A stretch of 64,000 bases of DNA. It comes from an uncultured Clostridia bacterium (GTDB lineage Bacteria; Bacillota; Clostridia; Christensenellales; CAG-917). The stretch's first letter is position 1. The number at the start of each line of letters is the position of its first letter. The notes under the pieces are model-generated. The model made no database searches. It saw only the letters and a program-made list of their open reading frames with translations, and was not told where the DNA came from. The stretch covers positions 6,746 to 70,745 of the forward strand of contig CALVTH010000003.1 of assembly GCA_944360115.1 (NCBI GenBank), written 5' to 3'. The translations under genes were made by a program, and so were the position numbers. Shown in pieces: positions 16,975-28,282 of this stretch.

Positions 16975-17658
16975 ATGCGACTTCTGCTCGTTGAGGACGA
17001 AAAAGAACTGTCCCGCGCCCTCGCCAAAATGCTGGGCAAGGACGGATACGATGTCGATTGCGTTTACGACGGTCTCGACGGACTCAATTTTTCTTTGTCG
17101 GGTCTGTACGACCTCATCATCCTCGATGTCATAATGCCGAAGATGAACGGCTTCGAAGTGCTTGCGGAACTGCGCCGCAAAAAGGTGGAGACCCCCATAC
17201 TCATGCTCACCGCGCTCAGCGACGAGCACGACAAGGTGGCGGGACTGGACAGGGGCGCGGACGATTATGTCGCAAAGCCTTTCTCCGTGGAAGAACTGTC
17301 GGCACGCATACGCGCCCTGCTGCGCAGGCGCGGCAAACTGGTCACCGACAACAAACTGGAATACGCCGAGGCGACCCTCGACCTAATGACATACACCCTG
17401 TCCACCCCCAAGGGCGAAATCAACCTGACGGCAAAGGAATTCGAGCTGCTGCGTTATCTCTTCGAGTACCCCAATTTCGTCGCCGCCAAGGAAGATCTGA
17501 TACTGAAAGCGTGGGGTCTGGACAGCGATTTCGAGTCCAACAACCTCGAGGTGTATATGTCTTTCATACGCAAGAAACTCAATCATCTCGGCGCTTCGTT
17601 CACCATAGAAGCCGTGCGCGGCGTGGGCTACAGACTGGTGCCCGCCAACAGGAACTGA
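16975..17658 (+). CDS. OmpR/PhoB-family response regulator
   Basis: 227-aa ORF. Receiver domain (LLVEDE, DLIILDVIMPKMNG) plus a winged-helix C-terminus (RGVGYRL). AAGGAG RBS. Confidence 0.9.
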   Translation: MRLLLVEDEKELSRALAKMLGKDGYDVDCVYDGLDGLNFSLSGLYDLIILDVIMPKMNGFEVLAELRRKKVETPILMLTALSDEHDKVAGLDRGADDYVAKPFSVEELSARIRALLRRRGKLVTDNKLEYAEATLDLMTYTLSTPKGEINLTAKEFELLRYLFEYPNFVAAKEDLILKAWGLDSDFESNNLEVYMSFIRKKLNHLGASFTIEAVRGVGYRLVPANRN

Positions 17659-17663
17659 CAAAG

Positions 17664-17686
17664 AGAGCGCGACGCGCTCTTTTTTC
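17664..17686 (+). terminator. Weak intrinsic terminator or attenuator between the RR and HK genes
   Basis: AGAGCG-CGACG-CGCTCT followed by TTTTT, located 6 nt after the RR stop codon. Confidence 0.4.
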
Positions 17687-17738
17687 AACCGCCGCTTTAT
17701 GCGACAAAACAACGCGATAAAACCCGTTTTCTGACATT

Positions 17739-19223
17739 ATGGAAAAAACCCTGCAACAACTGAGAAGAAAATACACCCTGTCCACAACGATACTGTCGGG
17801 GGTCATTCTGCTCGTCTTGTTCGGGGCGTTCTTCGGAATGATTGTGGTGTCGATGAACCTCACCGTCAACTACACTCTCGACGAAATGCTGGAAAACCCG
17901 CTGTCGGGCGTGCCCGTGCGAGACGAAATGGGACGCAGATGCTTCGCGTTCACCTACAACGACGGCGCGGACGAGGTCGTCGCGCTCTCTTCCTATTCCC
18001 GCGAATTCAACAGTTACGGCACCCAGAAAGAAAAGATTGCCGTTGCGGCAATGCAGACGGTGGAGGGCGACTTCGAGAGCGACGGTATGTTGTTCTATGT
18101 GCGCACGGCGACACTCGGCAACGGCGAGCGTCTGTATGCCGTCGTCGACATCACTTCCGACGCCCGCTCGGTGGCGTCGATAGGTATGCTGACCGCCGTC
18201 GTGTACATAGCCGCCGTGGCGGTGAGCGCGCTGGCGTCCTATCTCTTTTCGTCCCGTGCCCTCGCGCCCGTGGGCGAAGCCTTCCACAAGCAACGCGACC
18301 TCATCGCCAACGCTTCTCACGAACTGAAAACCCCTCTCACCGTCATTGCCACCAACCTGTCCGTGATGAAATCGGAGCCGGACTCCACCATTGCCGAAAA
18401 CGCCAAGTGGATGGACGCCATTGAATCGCAGATACAGCGCATGGACGGACTCATCGTCAATATGCTGCAACTGTCCAAAATGGAGCACGGCGCGGTGGCG
18501 ATGTCCGAGGTCAATCTCAGCGAAATCACGGAAGGCGCGTGTCTGCTCTTCGACGCGGTATGCTTCGAGAAGAACATAGCCTTCATGCCGCACATACAGC
18601 CCGATGTACGCATAACGGGCGAAAAGGACTCCCTCGAAAGGCTGGTGGCGGGACTGCTGGACAACGCCACGAAATACTGCGGCGCGGAAGGCAAGATAGG
18701 ACTCAGTCTGACGGCGTCGGGCAAGAAAGCAAAACTCAGCGTCGCAAACACGGGCGAGGTTGTGTCCGAGGAGGACGCCAAGCACATCTTCGACCGCTTC
18801 TACCGCTCGGACGGCGCGCGCGCAAACGGCTCGGGCAACAGCTTCGGACTGGGATTGTCCATTGCGCAGGCGACCGTGCTGGCGCACGGCGGCACCATAA
18901 AATGCCGCGGTATCCCCGACAAGGGCACCGTGTTCGAAATCGAATTCCCGCTCCTGAAACAGGAAAAAAAGAAAAAGAGACCGACCGTCGCCGAGCCCGC
19001 GGCGGAGCGCAGAACCGCCGACCGCGAGACGGCGCAACTCACCGACGGAGCGGGAACGCAACTCCCCGACGGGAAAGACGCGCCGAATGACGGGGCGCGC
19101 GCGCAACTGCCCGACGGCAGCGGCGCGACGCCGAGCGACGGAGACAAAAGGGGCGCGTTGTCCGCACTTCCCTCTCCCGCCGTCACACCCGCGGACGACG
19201 GCGCGACGCACGACGAAGCGTAA
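17739..19223 (+). CDS. Sensor histidine kinase with a low-complexity C-terminal tail
   Basis: 494-aa ORF. Two TM segments, H-box (ASHELKTPLT), N/G boxes (LLDNATKY, FGLGLSIA). The tail of about 80 aa has QLPDG-type repeats. Confidence 0.85.
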   Translation: MEKTLQQLRRKYTLSTTILSGVILLVLFGAFFGMIVVSMNLTVNYTLDEMLENPLSGVPVRDEMGRRCFAFTYNDGADEVVALSSYSREFNSYGTQKEKIAVAAMQTVEGDFESDGMLFYVRTATLGNGERLYAVVDITSDARSVASIGMLTAVVYIAAVAVSALASYLFSSRALAPVGEAFHKQRDLIANASHELKTPLTVIATNLSVMKSEPDSTIAENAKWMDAIESQIQRMDGLIVNMLQLSKMEHGAVAMSEVNLSEITEGACLLFDAVCFEKNIAFMPHIQPDVRITGEKDSLERLVAGLLDNATKYCGAEGKIGLSLTASGKKAKLSVANTGEVVSEEDAKHIFDRFYRSDGARANGSGNSFGLGLSIAQATVLAHGGTIKCRGIPDKGTVFEIEFPLLKQEKKKKRPTVAEPAAERRTADRETAQLTDGAGTQLPDGKDAPNDGARAQLPDGSGATPSDGDKRGALSALPSPAVTPADDGATHDEA

Positions 19224-19230
19224 ACGCAGA

Positions 19231-19256
19231 CGCTCCCCGACGGGGGAGCGTTTTTT
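19231..19256 (+). terminator. Intrinsic terminator
   Basis: CGCTCCCC-GACG-GGGGAGCG followed by TTTTTT. Confidence 0.7.
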
Positions 19257-19300
19257 CGTAAACATCGCGGAAATTTGTTGGAAACGCACCCGCAAAACGG

Positions 19301-19328
19301 TTGACACAAAAAAATCTTTGGATATAAT
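19301..19328 (+). promoter_or_regulatory. Promoter of the orphan gene 19384..20028
   Basis: TTGACA, 16 nt spacer, TATAAT. Confidence 0.5.
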
Positions 19329-19383
19329 ATATAGAAAATCCGAGCGGTTAGAATCGAGAAAACCGCAAAAATGTGGGTAAACT

Positions 19384-20028
19384 ATGTCGATTGAAAGAGA
19401 ACTGCAACAAAAGATGGATGTCGAGAAGTGGCTGGAGTCCGAGACCCGTCATTTCGATATGTGCGGAAGCTACGATTACTGCGCGTTTTGCGACAAGTCC
19501 GAGGAGACTCCATGCGCCAACGCCTATCTCCGCATGACCGCGCAGAACGACGCGCAGGAAGCGGAGCCCGAGCCCTCTTACGACTACCCCGTCGAGGGCG
19601 ACACCGAGGAAGTGCTCGGCAGACATATCGACCCCGAAATCATTATGAAGAAGAAAGCCGCGCGCAAGAGCCTTTCTTTCGCGGAAAAATACTCCCTTCA
19701 GAGCGATATCGTCAAAGAGCGTTACGCCGCGCTCCGCGCCGCGCTCACCGCCGTGCCAAAGGGCGCGCCCCGTATCAAGGGACGCATAAGCCGCCAGTGC
19801 GACACCTACCGCAGAAGCGGCGTCATAGTGGCGAAAATCACCATAATCGGCAAGTCGCTCCGCATAAATCTGCCCCTTGACCCCGACGCTCCCGAATTCT
19901 GCGACGGCAAGACCCCGCACGAAAACACCGGGCACAAGAAAGTGTACGAGTGCGTGCCGTTCCAGTTCAAGGTCAACAGCAAACTCGCGCTCAAACGCGC
20001 CATACGCCTCATAGAACTGGTCAAGTGA
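19384..20028 (+). CDS. Hypothetical protein with an N-terminal Cys cluster
   Basis: 214-aa ORF with GC3-rich codon usage like its neighbours, and its own promoter and terminator. Motif CGSYDYCAFCDKSEETPC. No family recognised. Confidence 0.6.
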   Translation: MSIERELQQKMDVEKWLESETRHFDMCGSYDYCAFCDKSEETPCANAYLRMTAQNDAQEAEPEPSYDYPVEGDTEEVLGRHIDPEIIMKKKAARKSLSFAEKYSLQSDIVKERYAALRAALTAVPKGAPRIKGRISRQCDTYRRSGVIVAKITIIGKSLRINLPLDPDAPEFCDGKTPHENTGHKKVYECVPFQFKVNSKLALKRAIRLIELVK

Positions 20029-20053
20029 CCGCGACTCGAAGCGCAACCGACTG

Positions 20054-20080
20054 CCCCGCCCGCAAGGCGGGGTTTTCTTT
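20054..20080 (+). terminator. Intrinsic terminator
   Basis: CCCCGCC-CGCAA-GGCGGGG followed by TTTTCTTT. Confidence 0.7.
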
Positions 20081-20146
20081 GCGCCGTCGCGCCGTCGCCC
20101 GCACGGCGCGCACGCATTACGCTCGCATAAATTGTTTCTCCGTTGA

Positions 20147-23769
<3,623 letters not shown>

Positions 23770-23841
23770 TAAATCCTGCCCGACGGCGGCGTGACAGCCG
23801 CACGGCGACGGACGACAACACAATCCGAACGCAAAACAAAA

Positions 23842-23870
23842 AGGTGCGCCCGACGGCGCGCCTTTTTCTT
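23842..23870 (+). terminator. Intrinsic terminator
   Basis: AGGTGCGCC-CGAC-GGCGCGCCT followed by TTTTTCTTT. Confidence 0.6.
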
Positions 23871-23986
23871 TGCCATTTTCGCCGTCCGCGCGCCGTTTCC
23901 CCCTCTTTTTGAGACTAAACCGCAAAACTTGTTCCCTTGCGCCGCGCGGCGTGTTATACTTTCATTACGCTCACAGGAGAACGGAT

Positions 23987-24811
23987 ATGGCAACTTTCGG
24001 CATCGAACTCGTCGGCAAAATCGGCTCTATGGCGCTCATCGACCGCGAGTATCAGGAAATGAACTATAACATCATCGCGCGTCTTTCGCGCGAACTGCGC
24101 CCCGGATATATCTGGGTGACTTCGGGCGCGACGGAAATCGGCAGGCTGGATTTCGTCAAGCGCACGGGACGCGAACTGCTCGGCACCGACGAGGAAAACA
24201 AGACGGACTACTCCGCACAGGGTCAGTCCATTCTCATGCAGACCTACCGTCAGTTCATCGACAGCCGTTTCAGCGTCAGGCAGATTCTCGTCGAACACCA
24301 CCATTTCAACGACCCCGAAAAGCGCCGGCACCTGCTGGATATGTTGCTCCGCTGCCCGGGGCAGAACGCCATCCCCATCGTCAACTACAACGACCCCGTC
24401 AGCGACGAGGAAAACCGCAAACACGAGATTTTCAGCCTCCGCGAGAAACGCGGCAAAGCCATCGAGTGCGTGGACAACGACGAGACGGCAAGCCAGATTG
24501 CCTGCCTCGTCAAATGCAAGACCCTGCTCATCCTCACTACGACGGACGGTATATACCTCAACCCAGACGACAGCTCTTCCCTCGTGGAGCGCGTGTCGGG
24601 CAAGGATGTCTACGAACTCATCGCAAATGTTGAGGAACTGCAATCCCACTGCCGCGGCACTTCCCGCAAAGGCAGCGCGGGCGCGTGGGCGAAACTCGAG
24701 TATGTCAAGGAGCCTCTCCAGAACGGCACGACGGTCATCATAGCAAGCAGCCGCCACTCCATAAAGGACATTCTGAACGGCACCGTCAAAGCCACCCGCC
24801 TCGGTCTGTAA
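23987..24811 (+). CDS. Amino-acid-kinase-family protein, divergent glutamate-5-kinase-like
   Basis: The internal ATG at 23987 has GGAGAA upstream. Motifs parallel ProB (VGKIGS, TSGATEIG, GQSILM, PIVNYNDPV, DNDETAS, LILTTTDGIY), but the GTGGM loop is degenerate (GTSRKGSAG). Confidence 0.65.
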   Translation: MATFGIELVGKIGSMALIDREYQEMNYNIIARLSRELRPGYIWVTSGATEIGRLDFVKRTGRELLGTDEENKTDYSAQGQSILMQTYRQFIDSRFSVRQILVEHHHFNDPEKRRHLLDMLLRCPGQNAIPIVNYNDPVSDEENRKHEIFSLREKRGKAIECVDNDETASQIACLVKCKTLLILTTTDGIYLNPDDSSSLVERVSGKDVYELIANVEELQSHCRGTSRKGSAGAWAKLEYVKEPLQNGTTVIIASSRHSIKDILNGTVKATRLGL

Positions 24812-24961
24812 CACCACCGTCGCGGAGCGTAACGCCCCCCGTCTTGGACCGCAACGCCTTTCCTCTCCGCCGCCGCAACGCCCCTGCCCTTTCGCGCCGC
24901 AATCCGCCCCGCGATACAGTCGTAAATCGTATAAGCCGACACAAAAGACACTTTGCAATCA

Positions 24962-24988
24962 AAAAAGACGCGGTAAATGCGTCTTTTT
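24962..24988. terminator. Bidirectional intrinsic terminator
   Basis: AAAAAGACGC-GGTAAAT-GCGTCTTTTT, between convergent genes. Confidence 0.65.
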
Positions 24989-25039
24989 GTTGTTTTTGCG
25001 GCGAATTGGTTTGCCGCAAGGCGGGCGGTCGACGAGAGG

Positions 25040-25816
25040 TCAGCGCGCGGACATTCCTTCGCGGATGCGCAGCATTGTGGCGAGCGAAAACGACATACTT
25101 TTCAGCGGATTGGGCGAAAGGTCGAGCTCGGCGACGGCGTACTGCACGCCGATTGCTTCGCACTGTTTCGTCACCGCCGCGAAATCTATGTCTCCCTTGC
25201 CGACGGCGCGGAAAATCGGCAATACGAAAATTTTTCCGTAATCCTTGAAATGCACGGTTTCCACCCTGCCGTTCAACTTTGCCAGATACTCCGAAATGTC
25301 GCAGCCCGCCGCCTTTATCCAGAATGTGTCGGGAATGAATTTCACCGCGGGGGAAGTCTCGGCAATGAGTATGTCGTAGGGTTTGCCGTCGTCAGTCTCC
25401 CTGAACTCGAAGCCGTGATTGTGATAAGCGACGGTCATCCCGTAGGGGGCGAGTTTGTCCGCCGTGATATTCAGCAGGTCGACGAAACGCCTTATGTCCG
25501 CCGCTTTGCCCGTCCTGTATTCCTTGGGCATCATACCTATGCCTATGCTCCTGCACCCGAATTGCAGATGTTCCTCGGCAAGGCGGGGCAAATCGTCCTT
25601 TATGCGGGCGACGGGGGAATGGGTGACGCACACGGGCAGACCGTATTCGTCGGACAAGGAAGCAATCTGCGCCGCAGTCACGGCGAGATTGCCGCCGCCC
25701 GCGGACAGTTGCACCACCTCCGCGCCCATATCCCTGACGGCGGCGAACACGCGACGGTAGCCCGCCTCGTCCTTGAGATATTTGCGGAGAGAAAACAGTT
25801 GCGCGCCTATTTTCAT
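25040..25816 (-). CDS. Xylose-isomerase-like TIM-barrel protein (sugar phosphate isomerase/epimerase family)
   Basis: 258-aa ORF with the family-typical start MKIGAQLFSLR and an HNHGFEF metal-binding motif. Confidence 0.8.
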   Translation of the reverse strand: MKIGAQLFSLRKYLKDEAGYRRVFAAVRDMGAEVVQLSAGGGNLAVTAAQIASLSDEYGLPVCVTHSPVARIKDDLPRLAEEHLQFGCRSIGIGMMPKEYRTGKAADIRRFVDLLNITADKLAPYGMTVAYHNHGFEFRETDDGKPYDILIAETSPAVKFIPDTFWIKAAGCDISEYLAKLNGRVETVHFKDYGKIFVLPIFRAVGKGDIDFAAVTKQCEAIGVQYAVAELDLSPNPLKSMSFSLATMLRIREGMSAR

Positions 25817-25876
25817 AACGACCTCGCGGCGGGCTTGCGCCCGCCCGTCTTTTGTTGCGTTCGGAAAGGAAGCGGC

Positions 25877-27028
25877 TTACTTCTTGCTCGTCGCCTTTTC
25901 TTCCTCTTTGCGCTTCTCGAGTTCGGCGATGAATTCGTCCTCGTCGATGGGGAGTTTGACTTCCCTGCCCGTCCAGCCGGCAAGGTGAATGGCGTTGGAG
26001 AAGGTCAGACCTCTTATGCCCTCTCTGCCCGGCGCGATGAACTTGTCCGTCTTGCCGAGGAGATAGTCCGTATAGTTGCGGATTATGCCGAGGTGCTGGA
26101 AGGGGCGTTTGAATATGGCGAGATATTCGCCTATGCCACGATAAGTGTGTTTTCTGGTCTTGGGCTTGCCCATGAACACTTCGTTGACGCGGCTGAATTC
26201 CGGCTCGGGCGTCTTGTTCTCGATGAACACGAGTTTGCCCTTCTCGATGACGATTTTGCCGCCGTCGCCCGTGATTTCCAGACGGTTGGTGCCGGGGGCG
26301 TCGTGGGTGGAAGTGATGAACACGCCCGTCGCGCCGTTGGCGAACTTGCAGTACGCCGTGACATCGTTCTCGACATTGATGTCCCTGCCGCGGGTGGCGA
26401 GGGTCGCCGTCACGGACTCGGGAAGCCCCGCAAGCCATGTGAACAGGTCAAGCTGGTGAGGGCACTGATTGAGCAGCACGCCGCCACCCTCGCCCCACCA
26501 GGTGCCTCTCCAGCCGCCCTGCGCGTAATAGGCGCGCGGACGGTACCAGTTTGTTATAATCCACACTATGCGCTTGAGTTCGCCGAGTTTGCCGCTCTCG
26601 ATGATCTCTTTCGCCTTGATGTACTTGGGATTGGTGCGCTGGTTGAACATCATTCCGAACAGCAGGTCGGGATGCTTGTCCGCCTCGGCGTTCATCTCTC
26701 TCACCTGTTTGGTGTAGACCCCCGCGGGCTTGTCGCACAGCACATTGAGCCCCGCCTTGAACGCGGCGCAGGCGATTTCGGGATGGAAATAGTGCGGAGT
26801 GACCACCATCACCGCATCGATGAGCCCCGACGCGAACATCTCGTTGTAATCAGAGAACACCTTGACGCCTTTGAGATTCTTCTCGGCGTACGCCCTCCTG
26901 TCCTCGGAAATGTCGCACACCGCGGTGAGTTCCGCCCCCGGAAGCAGGAAGCTGAGTTTGGTGAACATCTTCGTGTAGAAGGTGCCCTGTTTGCCGATGC
27001 CTACGATACCGTATCTGACTTTTTTCAT
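25877..27028 (-). CDS. Gfo/Idh/MocA-family oxidoreductase
   Basis: The internal ATG at 27028 gives MKKVRYGIVGIGKQG (Rossmann start). EKP-type motif (CDKPAG). Confidence 0.8.
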   Translation of the reverse strand: MKKVRYGIVGIGKQGTFYTKMFTKLSFLLPGAELTAVCDISEDRRAYAEKNLKGVKVFSDYNEMFASGLIDAVMVVTPHYFHPEIACAAFKAGLNVLCDKPAGVYTKQVREMNAEADKHPDLLFGMMFNQRTNPKYIKAKEIIESGKLGELKRIVWIITNWYRPRAYYAQGGWRGTWWGEGGGVLLNQCPHQLDLFTWLAGLPESVTATLATRGRDINVENDVTAYCKFANGATGVFITSTHDAPGTNRLEITGDGGKIVIEKGKLVFIENKTPEPEFSRVNEVFMGKPKTRKHTYRGIGEYLAIFKRPFQHLGIIRNYTDYLLGKTDKFIAPGREGIRGLTFSNAIHLAGWTGREVKLPIDEDEFIAELEKRKEEEKATSKK

Positions 27029-27114
27029 TGTTACCCCCGTTTTTATCGAGTATTTTTTGTCTTCGTTGCAATGCGGTCGCCACGCGGAATGCTTGTCCGC
27101 GTAACGGCGCTTCG

Positions 27115-28251
27115 TCATCTGCCCGACCGCGCTTTCTCCTCCGCGCGTTTGCGGGCGAGGATTTCGTCATAGACCGCCTCGGGCACGGGTACGGACTGAC
27201 GCAGTCCGCTCCACCCCGAAAGATACATGGCGTTGATGAGTTCGACGGCGGCAAGCCCGTCGCCGACGGGCGAAATCAATTCCTCGCCGCGGAGTATCGC
27301 CCCCGCGAAATTGCGCACAATGTTCAGCTGCTGCCCGCCGCGCAGGAATCCGAACGCGAACCCCGCGACATGCGAATATCGCCTCACCTTGCGGGTGACG
27401 AAACCGTATCCCGACTTCGTCTCGGCGTTGACCTGTTGCTCGCTCTCGGGATAGGTGTACACCTTCATGCGCAGTCCGTCCACGAGGATACGCCCCTTCG
27501 TGCCCGCAATCTCCAATCTGTTTATGCCGCGCAGTTCGTGCGTGCTGGCGGCAAACGAAAGATAAACTCCGTCGCCGTAATCGAACAGCGCCGTGACATC
27601 GTTCTCGGTGGTGATGTCGCGATTTTTGATGAACATCTTCACCTCGACGGCGCGGGGAGACCCGAGTATCCACCCTATGAGGTCGAGCTGGTGTATGCAC
27701 TGGTTGATGAGCGTGCCGCCGCCCTCTCCGTCGAGAGTGGCGCGCCAGCCGCCCTGGTCGTAATACGCCTGCGAACGGTACCAGTCCGTGATGATGTAAC
27801 TTGCGCGCTGCACCTCGCCTATGCCGCCGCCTTGCACCAGCCGTCTGGCGCGCGCGTAAAGGGGGTTGGTGCGCTGATTGAACATCACCGCCACGGTGAG
27901 TTCGGGACGGGCTTTCGCCGCCGCTATTATCCTCTCCGCCTCGGACGCGGTGACGGCAAGGGGTTTTTCGACGAGAGTGTGCAATCCCGCGTTTATGCAG
28001 GCCACGGCGATGTCGGGGTGCGCGTAATGCGGCGTCGCCACGACGACGGCGTCGACGGCGCCCGAAGCCACCAGTTTTTCCGTGCTGTCGAATCTCTCGG
28101 CTTTGGGGAATCTCTTTGCGGCGTATTCAAGCACGGCGGGGTCGGTGTCGCACACGGCGGCAAGCCGCGCGCCGCGCACCTTGCCGTTATACAGGTTGCG
28201 CGCGTGCACGCGCCCCATTCTTCCCACTCCTATCACAGCGACTCTCAGCAT
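27115..28251 (-). CDS. Gfo/Idh/MocA-family oxidoreductase (paralogue)
   Basis: 378-aa ORF starting MLRVAVIGVGRMGRVHA, with a VEKPLA motif. GGAGG RBS. Confidence 0.85.
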   Translation of the reverse strand: MLRVAVIGVGRMGRVHARNLYNGKVRGARLAAVCDTDPAVLEYAAKRFPKAERFDSTEKLVASGAVDAVVVATPHYAHPDIAVACINAGLHTLVEKPLAVTASEAERIIAAAKARPELTVAVMFNQRTNPLYARARRLVQGGGIGEVQRASYIITDWYRSQAYYDQGGWRATLDGEGGGTLINQCIHQLDLIGWILGSPRAVEVKMFIKNRDITTENDVTALFDYGDGVYLSFAASTHELRGINRLEIAGTKGRILVDGLRMKVYTYPESEQQVNAETKSGYGFVTRKVRRYSHVAGFAFGFLRGGQQLNIVRNFAGAILRGEELISPVGDGLAAVELINAMYLSGWSGLRQSVPVPEAVYDEILARKRAEEKARSGR

Positions 28252-28282
28252 TTTGCCTCCGCGACGACGGAACGCGTCCGCG

